From Macrostomum lignano (lineage: Eukaryota), in assembly GCA_002269645.1 (NCBI GenBank), contig NIVC01002036.1, positions 124,001 through 188,000 of the forward strand: DNA of 64,000 nt, written 5' to 3'. The notes beneath the pieces are model-generated. The model had not been told where the DNA came from and did not search any database. It saw nothing but the letters and a program-made list of their open reading frames with translations. Positions within the stretch are counted from its first letter, which is position 1, and each line of letters starts with the position of its first letter. Shown here piece by piece: positions 35,869 through 46,862 of this stretch. The translations under genes were made by a program, and so were the position numbers.

Positions 35869-38723
35869 ATGAAGTTTTTAGTGATCTTTAAAGACGACCG
35901 TCAAATTGTTGAGGTCTCGGAAAGCGAAGTGAAGCTTCCTGAAGGCTTTCAAAACCTTAAGGAAGAGGAATGGTTAGAAAAGAGGGACTCCACTGAGAAG
36001 TGGAAGTGTGAAGCCTTGTATGAAGGCTGTTTTTACTCTGCTCTAATTATTCAGGTAAGCAACCGATCCCAACGATTGAAATGTTAAAATTCTTGAATCG
36101 ATCTAATATTTGTACGCTCATATTTTCTCATTAATTTAAAGGTAATACTAAGCAACAACCTAGAGCCTGGGAGCTTCCGCTTTGTGCGTGAATTGGTGGC
36201 CAAAAAGACCCGACTGAACCGAATTCTCGAGTTGGTTCAACCCAGAGTCTTTCAGGAGCGTGACATGAAGAAAGCACGAAGGCATTACCAGACTAAGGTA
36301 AAATTAAGCACAGCCCATATAATTTTTATCGAGAACTTTGTTTTCTCCGTTTTACCTTTTAAACTATTTTTTAAGAAAAGGGAAGAAATTAAATGTGAAA
36401 ATAATCTTTAAAACTGACATTAACTTGATAATTTCTCATGCCGTAACCATCCCAAACAGAATCTGTCAGACGGCTCAGCCACCGATTCCGAGGCAATCTT
36501 CGAAGATAAGAGCAGCCGCTGTTTGCAACCTCCAGCTTTGCTGCCTAAACAACATCCGCCTACGATTGCACAGTTAGCGCCAATGCCTCCTATTAGTGAT
36601 GATGAAGCAGAAGCTGGCGTAGACGCCGATATGGAAGCTGAGGCGGAAGCTGAGGCGGAAGCTGAAGTGGAAGCTGAGGCGGAAGCTGAAGTGGAAGCTG
36701 AGGCGGAAGCTGAAGCGGAAGATGAGGTGGAAGCTGAGATCGGAGCTGAGGTGGAAGCTGAGATGGGAGCTGAGGCGGAAGCTGAGGCGGAAGCTGAGGT
36801 GGAAGCTGAGATGGGAGCTGAGGTGGAAGCTGAGGCGGAAGCTGAAATAGAAGCTGAGTTCGTAGCAGATGATCGATCGACGATTCCTAAGTCGCCTCCC
36901 ACCATTTCATCTTTTAATTTTGGTTCTGGCTTTCTTAGAAAACTAGAAGAGCAGATCCAAGCCGGTGTTAGCTTTGAGCTGGAAAGTCCAAGAGGCATCA
37001 AGTTTCTGTCCTTATATGCCCTACGCGAACTTACTATGCGCAAGAATGAATTGAAAGCATTAGAAAATAGTTTGACCAAACAAATCACCGCAATGCGCAC
37101 TGAAGTGCAGAGCGTGCTACGCTTTTTGGAACCTGTTGGCGCTGACATTCCAACTGATAATTCTGAGCCTTCATTCTGGCCGATCAACTCCTGTGAAAAA
37201 TATGTGCAATTCGCTTCCAGTCCAAATGAACATATTTCTACTTTGGTAAGTTCATGACAGAGTTTTTTTATTTTCTTTTCATTAGAAGAAATGCTCTAAC
37301 TACTACTCAAAGCGCACTAGTACTATCACTGAAATAATAATCTATAAGTATTCTCACCTGTAAAAATCTAAACAGAAGAGCCTGCTACGTTCATGCAAGC
37401 GAGACAAGTGGTCCGATGCTTTAATGGCAATGCTTAACGAGAGCTTGTCGAAAGAGATGCAGGCGGTTATTAATTTAATCGGGTCAGACATGCGAAGCCG
37501 AGCTGTTGCTGCTGGAGTTGCGACCAACCTTACTGATGCGCAGCTTGGATTTCAGAGCACTCTGCTCAGCCATTTCCAAAGTAAGTCTACTTAATCAACG
37601 TTCAATGAGACTTTTAGAGCTAAATATCAAGAAATTAGTCGAGCACAGTGCATGCTATTCATAGTAACTTTCAACTTTTTTCCTAACAGAAGCAATCACA
37701 TTCATCTATGGCGCGACCGCTGAAGCCGGCAGGCCCTCTGAACAATCTGTAAGAAATACTTGCAGACAGCAGCTAAAGCATGGCGGTGACCGATTAAAGG
37801 GGCGGTCGCATCGCACAGGAAGCCAGCTGCTTTCCGGAGTCCAGACTCAAAGCCCCGCTTCTGACAGCGCCGTACAAAGACAGTCTCTGGTGGCAGCGAC
37901 TCCAAGCCCCGCTTCTGGCAGCGCCGTACAAAGACAGTCTCTGGTGGCAGCGACTCAAAGTCCCGCTTCTGACAGCGCCGTACAAAGACAGTCTCTGGTG
38001 GCAGCGACTCCAAGCCCCGCTTCTGGCAGCGCCGTACAAAGACAGTCTCTGGTGGCAGCGACTCCAAGCCCCGCTTCTGGCAGCGCCGTACAAAGACAGT
38101 CTCTGGTGGCAGCGACTCCAAGCCCCGCTTCTGGCAGCGCCGTGCAAAGACGGTCTTTGGTGGCAGCGACTCAAAGTCCCGCTTCTGGCAGCGCTGTGCA
38201 AAGACGATCTCTGGTGGCAGCGACTCAAAGTCCCGCTTCTGGCAGCGCCGTGCAAAGACGGTCTTTGGTGGCAGCGACTCAAAGTCCCGCTTCTGGCAGC
38301 GCCGTGCAAAGACACAGCCATTCATCTTCTTTTTCCCTAGTGAGTAAAAACGTATCTAAACTGAATAATGAACGATGAATACTATGATTGCTAAGCATTA
38401 AATACTACTATCAGTAAGATAAAATGTGCATGCAGTAATTTTTTGTTTTCTTTCCAATGTCACAGACACCATCGCGACTATCAGCGGGAGAAGTGCCGCC
38501 AGCGGCGACAGCAAAGCCGAGCTCCCAATCCAGAAAGCGAGCGAGTATTCAGTTGGATTCTCAGCCTCGAAAGCGGAACAACCATCGCCCCCGTTCAGCA
38601 AAGTCAAAAACCAACTACCGCACTGACTGCTCTCTCGAATCTGATGACGAAACCGAATCAAGTGGATCAAACTGGTCCGAAGATCAGCGAGAGCTGGATG
38701 ATGGACAATTTAAAATCTTCTAA
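35869..38723 (+). CDS. Transposon accessory protein (DUF4806/TnpA-like), 6 exons, about 746 aa
   Basis: Exons 35869-36054, 36142-36297, 36460-37245, 37376-37580, 37690-38339 and 38466-38723 join in frame through GT-AG introns. [14 protein letters not shown] resembles the C-terminal motif of DUF4806-type proteins of animal EnSpm elements (recalled, not searched). Confidence 0.7.
36620..36860 (+). repeat. Coding Glu/Ala repeat (gaagctgaggcg-type units) in the accessory gene
   Basis: Encodes [11 protein letters not shown]... in frame. Confidence 0.9.
37845..38312 (+). repeat. Coding 54-bp tandem repeat (18 aa [18 protein letters not shown]), about 8.5 copies, in the accessory gene
   Basis: Unit length is a multiple of 3 and the frame is preserved. 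Confidence 0.9.
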
Positions 38724-40116
38724 TTATGAGAGCACGTATTTTACGAGTAAATGCTGTCAAAATGATTTTAAAACTGACATTCTTTCAACACCTTTGTTGC
38801 CAAAAACTTAACTATTTTTCGTTCTAATATTGTGTTTTAATATCAGTTCCATTTAACTTCGCTAAATAAATTCAAATTTCATTACATTTAAGTTTCTTAT
38901 TCGATTTCATTCATAGACTCAAACTAATTTTCTAAAGAACTGCAAAAAAATTTACAAAAGGCAAACTTCGTAAGCAGGTAGCAGCAAGGTTGTTTAAATT
39001 TATAATGGAAGAGACAATTGCTTAAAAAAATCAGATAGCTCTGAAAATTATTTGGAAATAAATTCAATTTTGAAACAACCAGAAAGCTAGGCTGCTGCCA
39101 GAGCAAAATATATCAGTAAAAGCCCTGCATACTACTGTTAGTAGAGTAAACCAATTCTTGCCTTAATTTATTGGGCAGTCCACCGGGCGCCGGGTATAAG
39201 GCCGGCGCCCCGACTGGACAAAGAGTGCGCCCCGCTACCGGCCACAGGCCACCGGGCGCCGCGGTCTGCGCACCCTTGGGCGTACCAGAATTTCCCACTG
39301 GGAATAGCCGATGAAACAGTAGAGACAGGGGGAATGCGGGGCAGTTGCGTGGCGAGAGTGCGATGCGATTCTATTAATAATTACAATAAATTATAAACAC
39401 TGCGATAGTAAAACAATAATTCAATAAATGAATAAACGATATTAGCGAAGTGAATGCGGCATACGGAAATTGATGCTTGCTAAAATTTAAGAAATATTTC
39501 AAACACGGAAAAGCAAACAGAAAAACAAATACGGAGCCAAATTTTATTTACTTCCACGCTGCTGCTCGCCAGAAGGCCTCGAAGGGGGAGGAAGGAGGCG
39601 CTGATCCGCGATCGCCAGTCTCTGGCTGCACCGCCCGATTTTCAGCGACTCCAAGTTGCGGCGAGTTTTGAAGATTTCAATTTCAAAACAATAATAATTT
39701 TAGTTAGCAATGAGGGGGTGCGTCAGCTAAGGAGAGGGGGTGGGTTGCTTGAATTATCTTTCAGATATGCGCTTCGAGATTTAGTAGCTCTGGACAGTGG
39801 GGAGTTTCAATGCGTTATTAGTTGCTATTATTGTATATTATAATGTGTTTTATGCCATCGACACAAGCCAGCGCCTCATCAACCTGGTCAGAATGGAGAG
39901 AAAAGTTCGAAGGTGGGGCGCGTATCGGCCTGGGACCGAAATAAAAATTTCAGTCTTAGCTATAAACTACAATAGAATACCAATTGCTGAAGTCATTAAC
40001 TCAAATTTAATCTAGCCTATTCTTAAATAAAAATTCAGATTGACTAAGTCGAAAGACTGACTTTTATTACATTTGAAGTGCGAATGCTTGCACTCCAACT
40101 AGCTGAAAGACTCACC

Positions 40117-43100
40117 TTATTTCCCACCGGCGGCTGACTTCTCCCACCAGTTCTGTTGCTGCTGTCCGCCGCTTCGGCCATCGCTGCTGCCGGACTCCTG
40201 CTGGTCGCGGCTTTGGCCCCAGCCCTGCTGACTGCCATTGGACTGCTGCTGCTGCTGCTGGTATTGCTGCCACTGCTGCCACTGCTGCCACTGATCTTGC
40301 TGGGTGGACTGGGTTTTGATGAGGGATGGCGGACAGAAGGGGTATGTTTCTATTAGTTCTCTTTCCACGTTTCCTACCGTATCTAACACCTATCCTAGTC
40401 CTAACCCATCTAGCACCTCTGCTACCCCATCTAGCACCTCTGCTACCCCATCTAGCACCTCTGCTACCCCATCTAGCACCTCTGCTACCCCATCCAGCAC
40501 CTCTCCTAACCCATCTGGCACCTCTCCTACGACATCTAGCACCTCTGCTACCCCATCTAGCACCTCTCCTACGACATCTAGCACCTCTGCTACCCCATCT
40601 AGCACCTCTCCTACCCCATCTAGCACCTCTCCTACCCCATCCAGCACCTCTCCTACCCCATCTAGCACCTCTGCTACCGCATCTATCATCTCTCAAGCCG
40701 ATCAATCAAGTGAAAGCGTACCGACTGCTGTTGCGACTGCGGCTGCTGTTGCGCCGATGAGCCGGCAGGCTGCTGGCCGGCCTGCTGCAGGATGGCATCG
40801 GCGTAATTGTCCATGCCCTGGCGGCGATAGTACTCAGCCCAGGCCAGGCTGTAGTCCATCTGGCCAGTCTGGTCATTGTACTGCGGCGCTGGTAGCGGCT
40901 CCTGTTGCTGCTGCTGCAATTGCTGCTCCTGGCCGTTGTTGCCATAGTAACCAGCCGAGTCGCCGCCGTACTGCTGCTGGCCATACTGCTGCTGATAGCT
41001 CTGTCCACCCTGCTGGCTCTGATGGGGCAGGCCGGCTTTCTCGCAGATGAGGCGAACAGCTTCCGCTATTTGAGCTTGGCTGCCCTGCAATGAAAAATAC
41101 AGAGACAAAGGTGAGATGTGATAACGACTCGAGCAACTGCTTGGCTTGGACTTTGTGGCACTGCAACAAGTCAAGGCGACAACTGACCCACAGACAGAGG
41201 CAAGCAACAATGCCCATGCCGACCAGTCAGAACTTAGATAAAAAACCAACGTAATAGCTAATGAGTAATAAATATAGGTAATTTTGCTACTAGAAAGTAC
41301 TTGATTACTAAATGAGGTATTCTTGACTGGATAGGGTATTTTCGGTTACTGAATCGGGGTATTTTTGGCTGCTGAAAAGTGGTATTCTTTGCATTAGATG
41401 GTGGGGTGTACTTGGCTACTGGATAGGAGTATTCTTGGCTACTGGATGGGGGTATTCCTGGCTAATGGATGGGAGTATTCTGGGCTACAGGATAGGGTAT
41501 TCTCGACTACTGGATGGGGGTATTCTTGGCTGCTGGATGAAGAACTCTCTGCATACCTGAATATCAAACACCTTGATAGAATCGTTAGGCGGCGGTTCCC
41601 GTTGGATGGCAACGTAGGCGCCGGACACGCGCTGGATTTCTTTGATCGTCTCGCCGCCTTTCCCGATGACCAGGCCGGCTTTCTCGGCCGGTATGGCGTA
41701 CGTGGCCGGCCGGTTGTCCGGGCCGCCGCCGCCGCCGCCGCCGCCGCGAGACCGATCAGCCGAGGGCATTTCGCCATTCATAACAGCGTTGATGAGCTCG
41801 TGAACTCGCTCTACGGCCATCTGCGCACAGTGCACGTTGCCGGAGATCTGCGTTGGGGGTAATGGGGCGGTGGTGAAGGGTAATGGGCGGCGGTGAAGGG
41901 TAATTGGCGGTGGTGAAGGGTAATGGGCGGCGGTGAAGGGTAATTGGCGGTGGTGAAGGGTAATGAGACGGCGGTGAAGGGTAATGAGACGGCGGTGAGG
42001 GTAATGGGGTGGTGAAAGATAATGGGCGGTGGTGAAGGGTAATGAGAAGGTGAAAGGTATTGGGACGGTGGTGAAGGGTAATAGGGCGGCGGTGAAGGGT
42101 AATGGGGCGGCGGTGAAAGGTAGTGGGGCGGCGGTTTCCAACTTCCAAGCCAATATCTAGGGGCTCAATTGTAATTGCGAACAGAACAAGAGGGCTGTAT
42201 AATGAAGTTTCATTGAGTAGAAAAAGGGGCGATTTTTTAGCCATAAAGTGATTTTAAGGACGGTTTGATACTACATTTCTAATAATTGTTATCATGAAAT
42301 GAAGGCGCTGGAACTACACGAGGCAACACTGGTCTTGATAACTTGTAAAGACAGCTTGCAAGCTTACCTGCAGAGTGCGCTCAGGCAGGTCTCGATCACC
42401 TGGTCCCTCCTGCTTGAACTGCACCTTGGCCCCGGTGTCCTGATTAATCTTGCGCAGCATCTCGCCGCCCTTGCCAATGACAACGCCAACACATCGGCGA
42501 GGCACTTTAATCTCTTCAAAACTCTCGCCGTAGCCGCTGCTGCCGCCGTAGTGACTGCCGCCGAAAGCGCCACGGCCGCCATAGCCGCCGCCACCGCCAC
42601 CGCCGCCGCCAAAACTGCCAGGTCCCCTGGGCCCGCCAGCGCCTTGGCCGAAGCCGCCAGAGGGCTGCTGCTCCTTGGAGTTGAGCAGCTCCATCACCAG
42701 ATCGCGAGCGTAGTTTAACCGATCGGGGGTGCCTAATTGTAAATGGGGAGGGGGGCGTTTCTTCACTTCTGACGACTTCGCACTGCTGCCTGAATTTTAT
42801 TTCACATCGCTGCGCTGACAGTTAATTCTTTATCTTTCCAATACCATGCAGAATACCTCTGCGACCAAATTGATCAGTTGCTAATGTTTCCATGGAAATA
42901 GATTCTGCTCAAAGCATCGAGAGAATTGCTCACGAGAACTTTGCAGTCGATGTCAATGACTACTTTGTCGATTTCTATTTGGCAGTCCAGATTTACTAAT
43001 TCAAAGCAAGCTCATTAGCTGATGGAAACTGTCGCCCAGCTGAACTAATTACATCATAGTCGATCAACAATGACAATGATTAACTGCTTACTTATCACGT

Positions 43101-46100
43101 ACGTACGAGAGCATTCAATCATTCTAAGGTAGGCACTCGATGCAAATCCAATTTACTGAAGTGGCCATACATGTAAATCGTTATTGCTGACCAACAGCAC
43201 AGTATAAATGCAGTAACGATGAGCCAGCCTAACAGGCCAATATTGGCTTTTATAAATCGACGGCTGCAGAGAATCAATGTCGAATTCGGGCGAGTCTAAG
43301 AGCGCTGTCCAAGGTGCGGCTACCAGCAGGGCAAGAAAATTGGCTTGGAATGAAGGCAACAGCAAGGATGAAATACTAGAAATCAAGGATACCGACGAGA
43401 TATCGGCAATGGAGCTTCAAGACAGAAGCATGGAGCTGCTCCACTTTGGGAACTATGCGCAATTTGCTGCGGAACTGCAGCAGCATCCGGAGCTGCTGCG
43501 GCACAGCGACTGCCGATTCTGCGACGGCGTCACCGACGACAGCTCGGAGGCAGATCGGCAGCCCAAGCTGTCACAGTTCTGCCTCGTGCTGCTCGCTCGG
43601 GACGACGAGCTGGCCAGCCGAGCCGTCGAGCTGGTTGACAGCCTCGGTCTGTGGGACCGCGTCCGCTGCGCCCTGTTCCTCCTGGTGGACTTTTGCTGCT
43701 CCAGCCTGGCCAGCCCGACTGACGAGGCGCAGCTCGCTTGGTTCTTCGCCAGACTGTCGCGCCAGCATCCGGACGCGTGCGCTCGGCTGCTGAGCGAGGA
43801 GCTGACAGCCGACTGCTTGACACCGCTGGAGTACGCAGCGGCCAGGGACTGCTTCCACCTGGCGGCAGCGTTCGCCAATGCGCCCGGATACCTGATCAGA
43901 GAGCGCGAGCACCCAACCGACCCGAACCTGCTGGTCGAGGAGGTCGACCTCAGCCGCTACTCCAGCTCTGGTGGAGATCGCTTCCTAAAGTCTCCGTTCG
44001 TGAAATTCGTTTTAAGCGCACAGCAGCTTATTGGAGACAAACTGCCACCAAGTTACTTGTGTTTCTTCAAAAGTCCTGTTGCACAAGCGTACTTTAGCAG
44101 CATCGGCAACAATGCGCAGTACCAACTGGCCACTTTGATTTCGCTGGCGTTCAACACGCTGACGTTTATTTTCCTGCTGGCCACACTTAATATCAGAATA
44201 TTCACTATGAACACCTTCAACTCGAGCGTGCAGGTGAAAATTCCGGGCCAGAAGGACTACAGTTTGGCCTTTATTGATGTCGTGTCCCCTGAATTCATTG
44301 CAAGCTATCGCTACTTATTTTACATTAGAATATCAATCCAGGTGTTTACAATTCTTTCCGGATTGTACTGGATTGCAGCCGAATTCGTCAATCACTACAC
44401 CACGCCGAAGCTGATGCGACAGAGATGGAAGGGCCTGCTATGGATTAAGGGCTTCGCAACTCTGCGGGGCTGCATATTTGAGGGTGTAATGCTCGGATTC
44501 TTTGGCATCCAGATCGCAGCGCTAGTGCTGGAGCAGCTATTTTTTCTGGACCCGAGCAGCTATTTCCAGGTGGGCAGGGACTGGTTTGTGGAGTCTGTGC
44601 GGCTGCAGTTAGTGTTTATAATCGATACAGAGTTCATGGTGATGATGATGCTGCTGTTTGCCTGCAAGATGGCCGGTTACTGCCAAACTGTGTTTTATGT
44701 GCTGCACTGCCTGAATGCCTGCGTAACGCTGATATACATCATCTGCCTGCCTCTGCTTCTTGTTGGCTTCACTATGCTGCTCAATCAGCCTTACGTCACC
44801 TGCCAGAGCTTCTCCTGGGTCTGCGCCATGGACTATTTGGGTCGGACGTTCCGTTACACCTTTACCTTGGGTGAATTCAGCGGAATTAGCGACTACCTGG
44901 TGCTGTGGCCTCAGGCAGTTGTTTACTTGTGGGTAGCGGTGTTCCTGCTCAACTTTGGCGTCGGACTGCTCACTCAGCAGATAGCGGTACTGCAAGAGAA
45001 TGTCGAAGTTCGACAGGCAATCTTTGTCGCGTACGTGTCCCAGCAGTACGCTATGTCGCGTTGGAGTCCAATGGGACTCCTGCGTCCAAAGCGTCCAAGC
45101 AGGTTTGTGCTGACCAGGGGTCGCGTGAATATCAAGTCAAGTAGTTGGATTGACGGCTGTCACTTTTTCAGCGAATATGAATAAACCATTAAAAAGCATC
45201 ATCTATTTGGTTCTTTTATATGTAATACTCGTATATAAGTAAATTAACATTACCCCAATGTTTTGAGCAAACATTACTGCAAATATTATGATATTAATTA
45301 GATTACAAAGTCTAACCCACTGTTCCATTCTGCTGTGAATTCATCTGTCATCTGATTAGCTGACAGCAGAAGTTAATTAAATAAAATCCATGGCAACCGA
45401 CCAGTGTTTATTAAAACACACTTTACTTCACATGAAAGGAACTTTCAAATTTCCAAAAAAGAGCTGTGTTTTCCTCCTATAAGACTACTTTATCATTTAG
45501 AGCTTCCTGCTTGATTATGAGTAGCAAACTTTATTTATTTATAATGTAGTGTACAAACCATGATTTGGCTGACAATAAGAAAGTCGGGGGTTGCTGTACA
45601 TCCTGCATGTGACTGACAAGACTTTGCCACCTGCCTGGCTCGGGGCTGACTGTCGATTTCATTCGCGTCAGAACTCAAAATCCCTACAGCAAACTTCTAT
45701 CTTCTAACCGGTTGCGTGCATGCGTAGCATTTCTCCGACTCACCAGTTATCTTAAGCGGCTTCTCAGACATCGAAGCCGTTGTGCCGTCCTGAATCAGAA
45801 TCATTTTGACGCCGGATTTCTCCTGCAGGCTTTTAATATTCTCGCCTCCTCGGCCAATCAATAGGCCAACTTTAGCGGCCGGAATGTTAATCTCGATGCT
45901 TTCCTGTGCCTGGTCGCCTCGGCTCCGATCGCCGGCTCCGCCTCCACCCTTCTCGGCAATCATGGTGTCCATCATCCGCTTGGCCCGCTCGACCTCGGAC
46001 TGCCCGCCCGAGATGGTCACATTGCGGGTGCCGTCCACGCTGTCCGAGCTGATCTGGATGCGGGCGCCAGACTCTGCCTGCAGCCTGGTGATCGTCTCGC

Positions 46101-46530
46101 CGCCCCGGCCAATCATCAGGCCGACATAGCGGTCGAGGATTTTGTGCTCCACAGTGTGGCTGGGCGCCGCAGGGGCCGCGTCAGCCAGGGAGGTCATCAG
46201 CATCGGCGGCTTCACCGCGGCCGCAGCTGCACCACTGCCGGCGGCGCTGCCGCAGAGCTTCTCATTAATTTTGGCGGCTGCGGCGGCGGCGGCGGCCAAC
46301 TTGGCGCTGCTGGCGGGCGTGACAGCAGAGGCGGCTCCCGCTGTTGCCGCTGCAGAGTCGCCGCCGGGACCAGCGAAGCTGCGCTTTGTAGCCGGCGAGT
46401 CGTCATCGTCGGAGTTGCTGGAGTTGAAGCTGCGCTTGGCGCCTGCAGTCGGGTCGGCAGATGCGGCCGCTCCGCCTCCATCGGGCGCAGAGGCAGTCAG
46501 ACTGGCAGCAATCTGTCGGAAAAGATGCAT
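40117..46530 (-). CDS. FUBP1: Far-upstream-element-binding protein / PSI-type RNA-binding protein with 4 KH domains, about 662 aa
   Basis: Exons 46530-45744, 42732-42368, 41847-41557, 41084-40722 and 40299-40117 are phase-compatible. Four KH domains with intact IGRGG/IGKGG loops and the C-terminal DYSLAWAEYYRRQG motif. The symbol is family-level (FUBP1/2/3, psi). The start may be supplied upstream of an acceptor at 46513. Confidence 0.9.
40400..40685. repeat. 21-bp minisatellite (catctagcacctctgctaccc), FUBP intron 4
   Basis: About 13 copies. Confidence 0.95.
41310..41540. repeat. 22-23-bp degenerate minisatellite (tattcttggctactggatagggg), FUBP intron 3
   Basis: Tandem degenerate units. 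Confidence 0.8.
41855..42135. repeat. 20-21-bp minisatellite (ggcggtggtgaagggtaatg), FUBP intron 2
   Basis: About 13 copies. Confidence 0.9.
42886..42899. promoter_or_regulatory. X-box-like motif GTTTCCATGGAAAT, about 380 bp upstream of the nested TRPV-like ORF
   Basis: One mismatch (last base) to the RFX palindrome GTTTCCATGGAAAC. Confidence 0.4.
43277..45184 (+). CDS. Divergent TRPV-like cation channel, 635 aa, intronless, nested antisense in FUBP intron 1
   Basis: A degenerate ankyrin (LTPLEYAAARD) is followed by EVDLSRYSSSGGD (cf. TRPV YDLTEIDSSGD), six hydrophobic segments, a pore-like TFRYTFTLGEF (cf. LFKFTIGMGD) and an S6-like VFLLNFGVGLL (cf. LLLNMLIALM). AATAAA overlaps the stop (45180-45185). 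Confidence 0.75.
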   Translation: MSNSGESKSAVQGAATSRARKLAWNEGNSKDEILEIKDTDEISAMELQDRSMELLHFGNYAQFAAELQQHPELLRHSDCRFCDGVTDDSSEADRQPKLSQFCLVLLARDDELASRAVELVDSLGLWDRVRCALFLLVDFCCSSLASPTDEAQLAWFFARLSRQHPDACARLLSEELTADCLTPLEYAAARDCFHLAAAFANAPGYLIREREHPTDPNLLVEEVDLSRYSSSGGDRFLKSPFVKFVLSAQQLIGDKLPPSYLCFFKSPVAQAYFSSIGNNAQYQLATLISLAFNTLTFIFLLATLNIRIFTMNTFNSSVQVKIPGQKDYSLAFIDVVSPEFIASYRYLFYIRISIQVFTILSGLYWIAAEFVNHYTTPKLMRQRWKGLLWIKGFATLRGCIFEGVMLGFFGIQIAALVLEQLFFLDPSSYFQVGRDWFVESVRLQLVFIIDTEFMVMMMLLFACKMAGYCQTVFYVLHCLNACVTLIYIICLPLLLVGFTMLLNQPYVTCQSFSWVCAMDYLGRTFRYTFTLGEFSGISDYLVLWPQAVVYLWVAVFLLNFGVGLLTQQIAVLQENVEVRQAIFVAYVSQQYAMSRWSPMGLLRPKRPSRFVLTRGRVNIKSSSWIDGCHFFSEYE

Positions 46531-46751
46531 GAGCTCAACTCAGCTGCTAGTTTAGCAGTTTCCTACCAACCAGTGTCTTGTTTGTATGCAAAAACTTTAA
46601 TATAAATGGCAATGGTTATAAAAATGCATAAATTCTTATTATATCACTCGTTTTACCTATTTGTGCTGTTAAGTCGCAGTTGAGAATATAAACTTTTGGA
46701 GACCAAAAATGATCCGTCTGTAAAAGTTTTTCTGCACAATGCACTATACAC

Positions 46752-46862
46752 TTTTACCTCATGAGGCCAGACTAGCATAGACAGAGTCAGACAGAGCCAT
46801 AGACATTTAGTGCTAGCTCATTATCTTTACAATTGGCATGGCCGTGGCCTCATGAGGTAAAA
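46752..46862. repeat. 111-bp element bounded by perfect 18-bp inverted repeats
   Basis: ttttacctcatgaggcca (46752-46769) and tggcctcatgaggtaaaa (46845-46862). Confidence 0.8.

Larger units (their letters stand above)
30844..39302. mobile_element. CMC/EnSpm (CACTA-like) DNA transposon, apparently full length (8459 bp)
   Basis: Begins CCCAGTGG (30844) and ends CCACTGGG (39302). Flanked by AA on both sides (30842-3, 39303-4). GC-rich subterminal motifs at both ends. Contains a transposase and a divergent accessory gene. Confidence 0.88.

Noticed and set aside
4389-46605. Antisense or shadow ORFs over GC-rich exons (e.g. 4397-4966, 6109-6516, 10016-10417, 13443-13940, 36420-37187, 40304-41050, 46142-46605)
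   Set aside because: Expected by-products of high-GC codon usage on the opposite strand; no independent domain motifs.
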